Virus record (IMG/VR): IMGVR_UViG_3300042356_000546
Origin: an uncultured virus (IMG/VR IMGVR_UViG_3300042356_000546)
Lineage: Duplodnaviria > Heunggongvirae > Uroviricota > Caudoviricetes
Strand: one strand, 5' to 3'
DNA length: 20,000 bases
In this document: piece by piece, positions 1 through 8,403 of the stretch
How positions within the stretch are numbered: the stretch's first letter is position 1
Layout: the number at the start of each line of letters is the position of its first letter
Made by a program: the position numbers and the translations under genes
Notes under the pieces: generated by a model
The model's database searches: none
The model's input: only the letters and a program-made list of their open reading frames with translations
What the model was told of the DNA's origin: nothing

Positions 1-89
1 TGTTTATTCGAGTCGCCTGCTTCTGAGGCATATACAACGCTATCTTTGTGTTCGTATGTATAGGTAGCACCTGGTTTAAGATTTCCCAT
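1..89 (-). CDS. Hypothetical protein, 5' part only (runs off the window edge)
   Basis: ATG at 89 overlaps the end of the cupin gene. The frame is open to the edge: MGNLKPGATYTYEHKDSVVYASEAGDSNK. Not in the ORF track because it is truncated. Confidence 0.7.
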   Translation of the reverse strand, partial: MGNLKPGATYTYEHKDSVVYASEAGDSNK

Positions 90-432
90 TTTTTGCGTAC
101 CCTACAGTTTCACGCTCTATATCATCGTGATCAAACTCTGCCCAATATAATTCAAAAGCAACACAATCAGCTACTGCTTCAAATTGATGATATTCTCCGG
201 GTGCTACCTTTGTATACTCTCCGGCTCGTAAAAGTGTTTCATCAACTAGATCATAGTTGTTTTTCCAAACACGAATGATCATTTCACCTTTTTCTACAAA
301 GAAGCCATTCCATTTGTATTGATGTTTATGCTTGGAACATGTGCCGCCTTTTTTGGCTTCAATGCGGTGAAATTCCAATACACCATTGGCTTCTAATAAT
401 TCTGTCTGTCCCCAAACTTTTCCTGCTTTCAT
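76..432 (-). CDS. Cupin (RmlC-like) protein, resembling the type II phosphomannose isomerase C-terminal domain
   Basis: KVWG start motif, cupin motif 1 (GGTCSKHKH...FFVEKG) and motif 2 (GEYTKVAPGEYHQF). Starts 1 nt after the upstream stop. Confidence 0.8.
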   Translation of the reverse strand: MKAGKVWGQTELLEANGVLEFHRIEAKKGGTCSKHKHQYKWNGFFVEKGEMIIRVWKNNYDLVDETLLRAGEYTKVAPGEYHQFEAVADCVAFELYWAEFDHDDIERETVGYAKNGKS

Positions 433-433
433 T

Positions 434-940
434 TTAAATAACCTTATCTAATTGTAAAATTTCGCTCTGTCTACTGATTTCTTTAACAAAATATGCACAT
501 GGCGGACTAGGACCATCATGCAATGGCACAGTGAGTAATTGTCCGTTTTTCATTTTAGGAAAGTACCATCTCACGTCTTGATAGATATTTACTATTTCAA
601 TGGGCATATACTCACATTTAAATCCATTTATGGGATTAAAAATAAATGCATCAAATCCACGTTCATTTAGGCTGGTCAGGGGCAAAACTTCAGGGTCTAG
701 TCCACAATCTCGATCTCCAACGATCATGCACCAGTCTAGTGGCATTTGTACTTCATAACCTCCCACACTTAATAATATAGCAGGCGAGTTAAATGATTCC
801 AAAAATATCAACGGCATAAAAAAGAAATCTGGTTCGTTAGGATTGGAATTATCTAATACTGAAAATCTAGTGTCTTCGTCTACCTCATCTGGCAATTCGT
901 TTAGATCAAAAGATCTATTGTTTAGGGTTAAAATTTTCAT
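434..940 (-). CDS. Phage hypothetical protein, beta-rich, possibly a degenerate Hint fold
   Basis: 168-aa ORF with an ATGA overlap to the helicase stop. The fold guess comes from sequence pattern only. Confidence 0.8.
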   Translation of the reverse strand: MKILTLNNRSFDLNELPDEVDEDTRFSVLDNSNPNEPDFFFMPLIFLESFNSPAILLSVGGYEVQMPLDWCMIVGDRDCGLDPEVLPLTSLNERGFDAFIFNPINGFKCEYMPIEIVNIYQDVRWYFPKMKNGQLLTVPLHDGPSPPCAYFVKEISRQSEILQLDKVI

Positions 941-2391
941 ATGGATACCTTGGTAATTGTAAAGGGGTACTTGGCCTCTTTGTAAAATTTCTTTCGTTCA
1001 GTGAGATGTCGTTTGGAATATTTGCACTGTGAAGTTATGTCCCAGATTTCAACGTGGTCTTTGTCTTGCGCTTTTCTAATGCCTCGCCCAATACTTTGTA
1101 TAACTCGGACAAAGCTCTTTCCGGGCTCCACAAGAACCAAATTAAAAATCCTAGGGATATTAATACCCACAGCGGCCACACCATAAGTCGCCACAATAAT
1201 CTTACCATCACTTGTTTTAATCTCGTCATATTCTTCTTTCCTATCGCCTAGCTTCATTCCACCACTAACGAATACAGCTTCCGGTATGCGCTCAATCAAT
1301 TTATTCCCAGTGTCAATTCTGTTGATTAACACTAGAGTATTTCCTGTTAAAGCTAGTGATTGTATTTTATTTGCCATCCAAGTAATTCTAGAATCGTCGG
1401 TGACCAAAAATGCATATTCGTCTGCAAAACTTCTAAATTCCTGTACTTCGTTGGTTTGCAAAATGTTAATTTGTAATTGTGCTAGAACGCCCTTCTCCTG
1501 TAGGTCATGTGCCGATACCTGATTGATAACTGGTCCGATGCTGGCAAGGATGCCTTGAAATTCCCATGCTTCTTTGGGAATAGTTCCCGTGAGTCCCCAT
1601 CGTATAGCACAGTTGCTAAAGTTCTGTGTCAACAATTTCGTTAACACTTCTGCCTTGGCCTGATGAACTTCATCGATAATAATTGCAGATACTCCAGCAG
1701 TAAATTCAGCTAACGATAACACTTCGTCATCGTAACTTTTCTTATCGAGTACATTAAGACTTTGCCAGGTGCAGATAGTGTGCGTCTTACCTAATTCTTT
1801 TCTGTCGCCGAAGTATACACCCACATCTAGTCCAAGGTTTTTGTAGTCTTCTTCAGTTTGTACAACAAGAGATTTGTTCGGAACAATAACCATCGTACGC
1901 CCATACGCCTCACAAAGATGCGACAATGTCGCTGTAGTAATTGTTTTGCCTGCACCTGTAGCTACCTCCTGTAATGATTGTGAGTTTTCTAAAAACTTGT
2001 TAACAACGTCGTATTGATAATCACGAAGTACAATAGGAGTTCCTGCTTCAGGATGCCCCTTGGGCCATGTCTTGCCCTTGTCTGCCCAGTAGTTTTCTGT
2101 TATAGGAGCAAATTCTATCTTGGTGTGATGTCGTTGATCTTCAATATCTATTTCATATCCAGCTTCTTCTACGATGGGCAATATAACATCAAGGTGTGCA
2201 AGATAACCAGTACCACCGATGCTAAAATAGGTTTTTGTACCATCCCATCGACCCAGTTTGTATGATGGCATGTGTCGGGCATATGGTAGATCAAATTTCA
2301 ATTTGTTAACAATTTTACGCCGTGTTTCAACACTGAGTCCTTCCAACTTGATATTAACTTCATCTCGAATCACTAGTTTACAAACTGACAA
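937..2391 (-). CDS. uvsW: UvsW-like superfamily 2 DNA helicase
   Basis: Q motif LRDYQ, Walker A ATGAGKT, DEVH box, motif III GLTGT, motif V GINIP, motif VI QSIGRGIR. N-terminal WDG motif as in UvsW. Confidence 0.9.
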   Translation of the reverse strand: MSVCKLVIRDEVNIKLEGLSVETRRKIVNKLKFDLPYARHMPSYKLGRWDGTKTYFSIGGTGYLAHLDVILPIVEEAGYEIDIEDQRHHTKIEFAPITENYWADKGKTWPKGHPEAGTPIVLRDYQYDVVNKFLENSQSLQEVATGAGKTITTATLSHLCEAYGRTMVIVPNKSLVVQTEEDYKNLGLDVGVYFGDRKELGKTHTICTWQSLNVLDKKSYDDEVLSLAEFTAGVSAIIIDEVHQAKAEVLTKLLTQNFSNCAIRWGLTGTIPKEAWEFQGILASIGPVINQVSAHDLQEKGVLAQLQINILQTNEVQEFRSFADEYAFLVTDDSRITWMANKIQSLALTGNTLVLINRIDTGNKLIERIPEAVFVSGGMKLGDRKEEYDEIKTSDGKIIVATYGVAAVGINIPRIFNLVLVEPGKSFVRVIQSIGRGIRKAQDKDHVEIWDITSQCKYSKRHLTERKKFYKEAKYPFTITKVSI

Positions 2392-3574
2392 TTTTCTGTT
2401 TCCTTGTAGGAGTTGGTTTTATGTCACTCAAATAACACACACAAGGATGAGTATCTAACCACACAGATGAAGTGGGTTCGTTGATTGGTGTGTAGCTATT
2501 TGTTACAACTATTTTAACATCAATGTTGTCTTTAAACAACCACTTAGGGGGTTTATGAAAGAATATAAGTATTTTACCTTCTTGAACTTTACCACCAAGA
2601 TTGTTGTCTTTGATCCATGCATTTAGCTGAGATTTCTTTTCAGTGGGGTCTCGAAAACACACCCTGATATCTGATCTTGGTATACCGGCAATATCAGCAG
2701 ACTCGACAAATTTTTGCAACCAATCAATGCTGTCTTGAGTATTGCGATCAATTAACACACAGACAATCCCATCGACCTGCTTGTAAAGGTCAAAGAAATC
2801 TCTATTAGATTTCATCCAAAAAAATCTTGATTTAGATGAACAGATAACCTCAAGTTTGGTCTCTATTGGTCGATCAAATCGAGTAGGATACCCCATGCTT
2901 TTGGCCAAGAATATATTTTGGTCTATATCATCCTGTTTGTGTTTTTGATAAAATAGTTCTGCATCTTCAGTGGCATTACACAGCACTAATTCACCAGCTG
3001 TGATATATGCACAGGGGATAATTTGATCCTGTTGATCCCAAATCTCTGCCACTGTGTCAACCAACGTGAGAAAAGTGTCATCAAGTTCAAAGTCATGCTT
3101 TCTGCAAAATTCTTCAAGCTGTATGATATTATATTTGTAAACATTTAGCACACGCAGTTTTCTATCACTGTCCCAGGTGTTGGAACTGTATGGTGTATTT
3201 TCAGTATGAAATTCTTTTTCGAAGGCTTCTTTCAATGCATATGGAAATTTTAAACACACTGTGATCTCACCCTCTTCGGACTGTTCTACAAATATTTTTC
3301 TAGTAAGATCTAATTTTCTAAAGGTGGTTTTCCATATAGGTGTGTCTATCAACGTGCCATAATCTATGCCGAGACTGTTGGCAAACGTTTTGTACTTGGA
3401 CAGAATTTTCAGTAAAAAACCACCTTGATTAGCAGTTAATTGATTACCGAGATCTAGTGTATTATAGAATCCATGTATGGCAGCACGATCTTGATCTTGC
3501 AAGATTGTTATATCAAACAGTGTCTGATTATAAAATTCAACTAATAGATCTTCTACACAAGAAAATTTTGTCAT
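2378..3574 (-). CDS. Phage hypothetical protein with a possible HARP-like segment
   Basis: 398-aa ORF overlapping the helicase start by 14 nt. Contains LKFPY...WDSDRKLR and has its own promoter. Confidence 0.8.
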   Translation of the reverse strand: MTKFSCVEDLLVEFYNQTLFDITILQDQDRAAIHGFYNTLDLGNQLTANQGGFLLKILSKYKTFANSLGIDYGTLIDTPIWKTTFRKLDLTRKIFVEQSEEGEITVCLKFPYALKEAFEKEFHTENTPYSSNTWDSDRKLRVLNVYKYNIIQLEEFCRKHDFELDDTFLTLVDTVAEIWDQQDQIIPCAYITAGELVLCNATEDAELFYQKHKQDDIDQNIFLAKSMGYPTRFDRPIETKLEVICSSKSRFFWMKSNRDFFDLYKQVDGIVCVLIDRNTQDSIDWLQKFVESADIAGIPRSDIRVCFRDPTEKKSQLNAWIKDNNLGGKVQEGKILIFFHKPPKWLFKDNIDVKIVVTNSYTPINEPTSSVWLDTHPCVCYLSDIKPTPTRKQKIVSL

Positions 3575-3580
3575 ACTAAT

Positions 3581-3609
3581 ACTATACTGTATTTCTTAAC
3601 AAAAGTCAA
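3581..3609 (-). promoter_or_regulatory. Sigma70-type promoter, probably giving a leaderless mRNA
   Basis: TTGACT (3609-3604), 17 nt, TATAGT (3586-3581), 6 nt, ATG (3574). No Shine-Dalgarno. Confidence 0.8.
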
Positions 3610-3616
3610 TGATTTT

Positions 3617-4456
3617 TCAATAATTTTTTAATGCGGCAACAAGGCGTTGTATTGGAATCCCTGTGGATATTTCTTGCACTGTCCATTCGGTATGACACAG
3701 TTTCACAAACCATTGTGTTCTGTCTGGCAAGATTGGCCTATTGATATTTTCAATGACATCGCTGACGTCAAATGCCAAACTTGTGTGGTCGCAGATCACA
3801 GGAATTCCACTGATCGCCGCTTGCACAGCAGGACCGCTGTTGTGATTTATCACGCAGTGATATTTGTAATTGATATCAAATGAATCATAGCTATTTGGAA
3901 TTTTTTTTGGCTGCTCAACTGTGACTCCTTGAATATTCAAACTTACCGGCGATCGCGGATGCGGTCTCACTACCACAGATTTATCAGTGAATTTTCTAAT
4001 TTCTGCCACTTTTTGTTTCACCCATTCCGCCATGGATGATTGCCCTTCCCACTGAAGACTACGCTCATGTTGACAAGCAATTAAAATTTTATTATTTCTA
4101 TTATCGTCAACGGGTTTCAAATCCACGCCTAGAATTTTTGGTCGTGCTTGATCAAGATTTTCACTATTTCCAAAAATTCCCAGGCCATGGATGTGGTCTA
4201 AACTGATACGCCAAGTGGTGCCTCGGATGAGATTGCCCACCTCAATGATCATCACTGGTTTTCTTTTTGCTCGGCATTGATTGTAGATGAGTTGATTGGC
4301 CTGCATGCGACCATGCCATAACACTGACCAAATCACATCCACGTCTTGACCCGAATCTACCACCGAAAAACCGGTATTTTTGATACCTTGTTCCAAGGCT
4401 GCAAATATTGGAGCACTGTTAAGAGCTCCGTGGGTTTTATGAATTTTGAATCTCAT
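3617..4456 (-). CDS. Capsule_synth/KpsS-like GT-B glycosyltransferase, paralog 1
   Basis: ILIACQ, VVVRPHPR and VINHNSGPAVQAAISGIPV motifs. Confidence 0.7.
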   Translation of the reverse strand: MRFKIHKTHGALNSAPIFAALEQGIKNTGFSVVDSGQDVDVIWSVLWHGRMQANQLIYNQCRAKRKPVMIIEVGNLIRGTTWRISLDHIHGLGIFGNSENLDQARPKILGVDLKPVDDNRNNKILIACQHERSLQWEGQSSMAEWVKQKVAEIRKFTDKSVVVRPHPRSPVSLNIQGVTVEQPKKIPNSYDSFDINYKYHCVINHNSGPAVQAAISGIPVICDHTSLAFDVSDVIENINRPILPDRTQWFVKLCHTEWTVQEISTGIPIQRLVAALKNY

Positions 4457-4464
4457 CAGTCAAA

Positions 4465-4482
4465 TAAATATATGTGTATTTA
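4465..4482. promoter_or_regulatory. Face-to-face pair of TAAATA late-promoter-like boxes
   Basis: TAAATA on + at 4465-4470 and on - at 4482-4477, within the 36-bp gap between divergent genes. Resembles the T4 late promoter TATAAATA. Confidence 0.65.
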
Positions 4483-4492
4483 ATCAATATCT

Positions 4493-4885
4493 ATGACAAA
4501 ATTTTCAAAACGAATGAAGAAGGCTCACCGTAAAGCACGAAATGTGCTGGCTGTAGGCACGGCGTTGGGTAATCTAGAGGATCTGTTAGAAACCTTTGAC
4601 ACGGTATTTGTGGTCAATGGCACACTACCACGTATTCAAAAAAGAAATGTGGTATACAGAGAAAATTTCGATAATATCCATTTGGTGTCTGATGTGGATT
4701 TAATAATTATTGATTTTGTACATGAAGAATTTATACCTGAACTTCAGCAGATATGGCGCCGAACACAGCCCACGATCATAATTGAAGGACCTGAACTGAT
4801 ATCTAAAGAATGTCAAAAATTATTGAAATCAGATCACTACGCTATTAGAGAAGTTGCTAAAAATTACTACGTGTGGAAGAAATAA
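4493..4885 (+). CDS. Hypothetical protein, possibly a degenerate class I methyltransferase fold
   Basis: 130 aa. VLAVGTALG resembles motif I without the acidic residue, and DLIIID resembles strand 4. Confidence 0.65.
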   Translation: MTKFSKRMKKAHRKARNVLAVGTALGNLEDLLETFDTVFVVNGTLPRIQKRNVVYRENFDNIHLVSDVDLIIIDFVHEEFIPELQQIWRRTQPTIIIEGPELISKECQKLLKSDHYAIREVAKNYYVWKK

Positions 4886-4906
4886 CCTAGCATTGAAAAT
4901 ATCTCA

Positions 4907-4912
4907 TAAATA
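4907..4912 (+). promoter_or_regulatory. TAAATA late-promoter-like box upstream of gmd
   Basis: ATAAATA at 4906-4912, SD-like AGGA at 4931-4934, ATG at 4940. Confidence 0.6.
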
Positions 4913-4939
4913 ATTCACCTTATCGAAACTAGGAAAAAT

Positions 4940-5953
4940 ATGAAAAAAATTGCATTTGTCACAGGCATGACAGGACAAGATGGTCCTTACCTTGCCAAAC
5001 TACTTTTAGAAAAAGACTACAAGGTCTACGGACTGGTCAAACGATATTCAAATCCAAATTTGGATAATATCAAATTCTTAGGAATTGAAAACGACATTGA
5101 GTTAATTACCGGTGATATTACAGACGACGGTTGTATGAATCATTTGGTAAAGAGTTTAAGACCAAACGAATTTTATAACCTTGCTGCTCAAAGTTTTGTC
5201 GGAGCCAGTTGGGATCTTAATAAAATGACCACTGAGGTCAATGCTGTTGGAGTTTTAAATATTCTTAACGCTGTCAAACAACATAGTCCAGATACCAAAT
5301 ATTACCAAGCTAGTACTAGTGAAATGTTTGGCAACAGTATTGAAATTTCAGGTGGAAAACAAGACGAAAAAACTCCGTTTTGGCCACGTAGTCCTTACGG
5401 TGTTGCTAAGTTGTATGCATACTGGATGACTGTAAACTTCCGTGAAAGTTATAGCCTACATGCATCAAACGGTATTTTGTTTAATCATGAAAGTCCTATT
5501 AGAGGCAAAGAATTTGTCACACGTAAAATCACAGACGGTGTTGCTCGTATTAAACTTGGCCTTCAAGATAAAATTGTCTTAGGAAATTTAGATGCCAAAC
5601 GTGATTGGGGGTTTGCCGGAGATTTTGTGGAAGCCATGTGGTTGATGTTGCAACAGCCCGAGCCAGGCGACTATGTGATCGCCACAGGTGTGCAATATAC
5701 CATTGGCGATTTGTTAGAACGTGCATTTAAGTATGCTGGCATTGACAATTGGCAAAATTATATTGAAACTAATCCAGCATTTGTACGTCCTGCTGAATTA
5801 CACAGCCTATGTGGTAATCCTACCAAGGCAGAATCAGTGCTAGGTTGGCAGCGTAAGACTGATTTTGACGCTCTTGTTAAAATGATGGTCGACGCCGACA
5901 TTAAACGATATGGTGGCAACCAAGGTGCAGATTGGACATTACAAACAAGATGA
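4940..5953 (+). CDS. gmd: GDP-mannose 4,6-dehydratase
   Basis: TGMTGQDG, YNLAAQSFV, YQASTSEMFG, PRSPYGVAK, GILFNHESP, FVTRKIT and LGNLDAKRDWG motifs. Confidence 0.97.
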   Translation: MKKIAFVTGMTGQDGPYLAKLLLEKDYKVYGLVKRYSNPNLDNIKFLGIENDIELITGDITDDGCMNHLVKSLRPNEFYNLAAQSFVGASWDLNKMTTEVNAVGVLNILNAVKQHSPDTKYYQASTSEMFGNSIEISGGKQDEKTPFWPRSPYGVAKLYAYWMTVNFRESYSLHASNGILFNHESPIRGKEFVTRKITDGVARIKLGLQDKIVLGNLDAKRDWGFAGDFVEAMWLMLQQPEPGDYVIATGVQYTIGDLLERAFKYAGIDNWQNYIETNPAFVRPAELHSLCGNPTKAESVLGWQRKTDFDALVKMMVDADIKRYGGNQGADWTLQTR

Positions 5954-6774
5954 AAAAAGCAGTAGTCACTACATTTCACAAGGCTGGTTATGAAAAATAT
6001 GGCCGAAAAATGATTGAAACATTTTTAAAAACATGGCCATCAGATATTACATTGTATGTCTACCCAGAAGACTGTGAAATAACCGAGTCTGCCCCTAATC
6101 TAGTGGTTAGAGATTTACATGCCACTGTGCCTGCACTAGTAGCATTTAAAGAAAAGTGGAAAAATGACCCCAGGGCCAATGGTCTTGTAGCCACTGGACC
6201 TGTTGATCGAAAAGGCAAAGCACCTGGAGTGGGATTCCGCTGGGACGCTATCCGGTTTAGCCATAAAATTTATTCAGTGTGCCACGCTGCCGCAAACTGT
6301 GATGCCGATGTACTATTTTGGATGGATGCTGATATGGTGTGTCATACACCTGTTCCCCATCACTTTATAGATAAAATGGCTGCTTCTAACATTGGTCTAG
6401 GGTTTTTAGGTAGAGAGAAAAAGTTTACAGAATGCGGCTTGTATTCCATGAACTTGCAGGACAAAAACACTCAAGAGTTTCTTGTTGAATTTCAAAAAGC
6501 CTACGACACTGGCAGACTGTTTACCATGAGTGAGTGGAACGACTGTTGGGTTTTTGACATTGTTAGGAAAGAAGTCAAACAACGTCATCCAGAATGGCAA
6601 TGGTATGACTGGAGTGCAGGTTTATTCAAAGGTGAAGGCCATCCTTTAATCAATAGTGCATGGGGTGCATACCTTGATCACCTTAAGGGCAAACGCAAAG
6701 ACTACGGTAAGAGCGCAAAGAGTGATTTAATTGTAAATCGCCACGAAAAATACTGGATCAGTTCTCCAGGCTAA
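5950..6774 (+). CDS. GT-A fold glycosyltransferase (WxDAD family, paralog 1)
   Basis: RFSHK...WMDAD, ECG, WND and DHLKG motifs. ATG at 5950 (ATGA overlap with the gmd stop) is preferred over TTG at 5932. Confidence 0.75.
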   Translation: MKKAVVTTFHKAGYEKYGRKMIETFLKTWPSDITLYVYPEDCEITESAPNLVVRDLHATVPALVAFKEKWKNDPRANGLVATGPVDRKGKAPGVGFRWDAIRFSHKIYSVCHAAANCDADVLFWMDADMVCHTPVPHHFIDKMAASNIGLGFLGREKKFTECGLYSMNLQDKNTQEFLVEFQKAYDTGRLFTMSEWNDCWVFDIVRKEVKQRHPEWQWYDWSAGLFKGEGHPLINSAWGAYLDHLKGKRKDYGKSAKSDLIVNRHEKYWISSPG

Positions 6775-7471
6775 ATTCGTGTTTAGAATGTTTGGCCTTG
6801 TAGTGTTCAATGTAAGGTCCAAGCACAGTATGACGCAACGGTGTCTTATAGCCCTTGGTGAAATCTTTGCAAAGATCATTTCCCGGGGCTTTTAATTTCT
6901 CAAAAACATATCCATAGACATCGTTGTCATAAAATCTTCTCAACATGGTGTTGTCGCGTTCTACGTAATGTCTTTTGTATTCACTGGCAAATTCTTTAAA
7001 CTGCGGATGACGAGTATTAACTGCAAAGAATCCAGTCTCTGGAACGAACCACCTACCGGGACTTCCATCTTTAGCCGCAAAGTATGTCACTCCCATATGA
7101 GTGCTAAGTACCTCATTGGGTAGTACTTCCAATAATAAATCCATTGGCAACTCTTTCACTGATAACACATCAGCATCTACCCAAACAATTCTATCTGCTG
7201 TTGAGTTTTCCATAGCATGGATAAAACTAAATGCTTTTTTTGCAAACTTTTTAACCTGTTTCTCAGCAGTGGTCTGAAATTCATAATACTCAGATTTAAA
7301 ATCGTCAAACGATATCTGTTTCAATCTAGGATGTTCCGGCAAATAAAATTCTTCTACATAACATGTCAATGTCAATTCTTTTGGCCAGTATTTGAGCCAT
7401 GTTTCAACACAATCTTTACCTATAAGATCATAATACCTTTGATTAAAACTTGTTATAATTTCTATGTTCAT
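6758..7471 (-). CDS. GT-A fold glycosyltransferase (WxDAD family, paralog 2)
   Basis: KFAKK...WVDAD, ETG, FYD and EHYK motifs. ATG at 7471 (ATGA overlap) is preferred over 7498. Confidence 0.75.
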   Translation of the reverse strand: MNIEIITSFNQRYYDLIGKDCVETWLKYWPKELTLTCYVEEFYLPEHPRLKQISFDDFKSEYYEFQTTAEKQVKKFAKKAFSFIHAMENSTADRIVWVDADVLSVKELPMDLLLEVLPNEVLSTHMGVTYFAAKDGSPGRWFVPETGFFAVNTRHPQFKEFASEYKRHYVERDNTMLRRFYDNDVYGYVFEKLKAPGNDLCKDFTKGYKTPLRHTVLGPYIEHYKAKHSKHEFSLEN

Positions 7472-8403
7472 ACGTATTTTCTCATATGTGCCCAACACTC
7501 GCCGCTTTCAATTTCGGCAAAGTTCCAATGAAACATGGCCAGTCTTTCTGCCCAAGTTTGTCTGTCCGGAAGGTTGGGATTTTCGATTTGGGCTAGATCA
7601 GTGTTGGCAATTTCTGCGCATTGACTTCTTGTAGGGTCTGTAACAAAAATAGGAAACCCTTCAATGGCAGCACCCACAGTAGGACTGGAATTATGATTGA
7701 CCACTGCCCAACAATTTTTTAAATCATGTTCCAACGAGTGTCCATCTCTGGATAATCTCACTCCTTTCAACATGCCTATTTTTTTAATGAGGTTGTTGGG
7801 ACTTAGATATCCCTTGGCTCCTTTGTCTCCTGGATGCGCACGAATAACGATGTCTCTCGTAGAATGTTTGCGTAGTTCTTTGATTGTTTTTGCTGTCCAG
7901 TCAATAACATCGTAGCCACCCATGCTCCACCCGCCATTTCTTTGAAGGCATAATAGAATATGATTGCCGTTTGATCTATAATCTCTAAGATTGATACCTA
8001 GATCTGTAGATAATTTTTTCCAGCGGGCAGGATCAATTTCTTTGTCACAGTAATTACCAGTATTGGGAAATATTCCATCATAGCTGTATCTCAAGTAGTG
8101 CAATGGGTTGGCTGTGTTTTTATAAAGAAATAAATTGCTGTCTGCAAGCAACACTCGTTTGCCTTTGGCTCTTTGATAATCGATAATCTGCTTGCGAAAA
8201 TCCAAATGAGAACTTTCTTTGGAATTTTCATGTACCCAACCTATCATCATGGCCACGTCTGCGTCTACTAATGTTCGTTGAGTATGGGCTATAACTTGAT
8301 CACCCATGTAGGCTACTCCCATAGCGTATCGATCAAGGATCTCGCCTTTCTCTACATTTTTATTGTTAGGCGGTAAACAGGCCAGATAGGAAACAAATTT
8401 CAC
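7468..8403 (-). CDS. Capsule_synth/KpsS-like GT-B glycosyltransferase, paralog 2
   Basis: ILLCLQ, IVIRAHPG and VVNHNSSPTVGAAIEGFPIF motifs. GTG start in a GTGA overlap. Confidence 0.7.
   Translation of the reverse strand: MKFVSYLACLPPNNKNVEKGEILDRYAMGVAYMGDQVIAHTQRTLVDADVAMMIGWVHENSKESSHLDFRKQIIDYQRAKGKRVLLADSNLFLYKNTANPLHYLRYSYDGIFPNTGNYCDKEIDPARWKKLSTDLGINLRDYRSNGNHILLCLQRNGGWSMGGYDVIDWTAKTIKELRKHSTRDIVIRAHPGDKGAKGYLSPNNLIKKIGMLKGVRLSRDGHSLEHDLKNCWAVVNHNSSPTVGAAIEGFPIFVTDPTRSQCAEIANTDLAQIENPNLPDRQTWAERLAMFHWNFAEIESGECWAHMRKYV

Noticed and set aside
434..940. Active intein or split intein
   Set aside because: No Cys/Ser at position 1, no TxxH, no terminal His-Asn and no extein. At most a degenerate fold.
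4886..4933. CCTAG...CTAGG inverted pair that could hide the gmd SD on read-through transcripts, as in T4 late-gene control
   Set aside because: Only 5 bp with a 38-nt loop, which is too weak and expected by chance.
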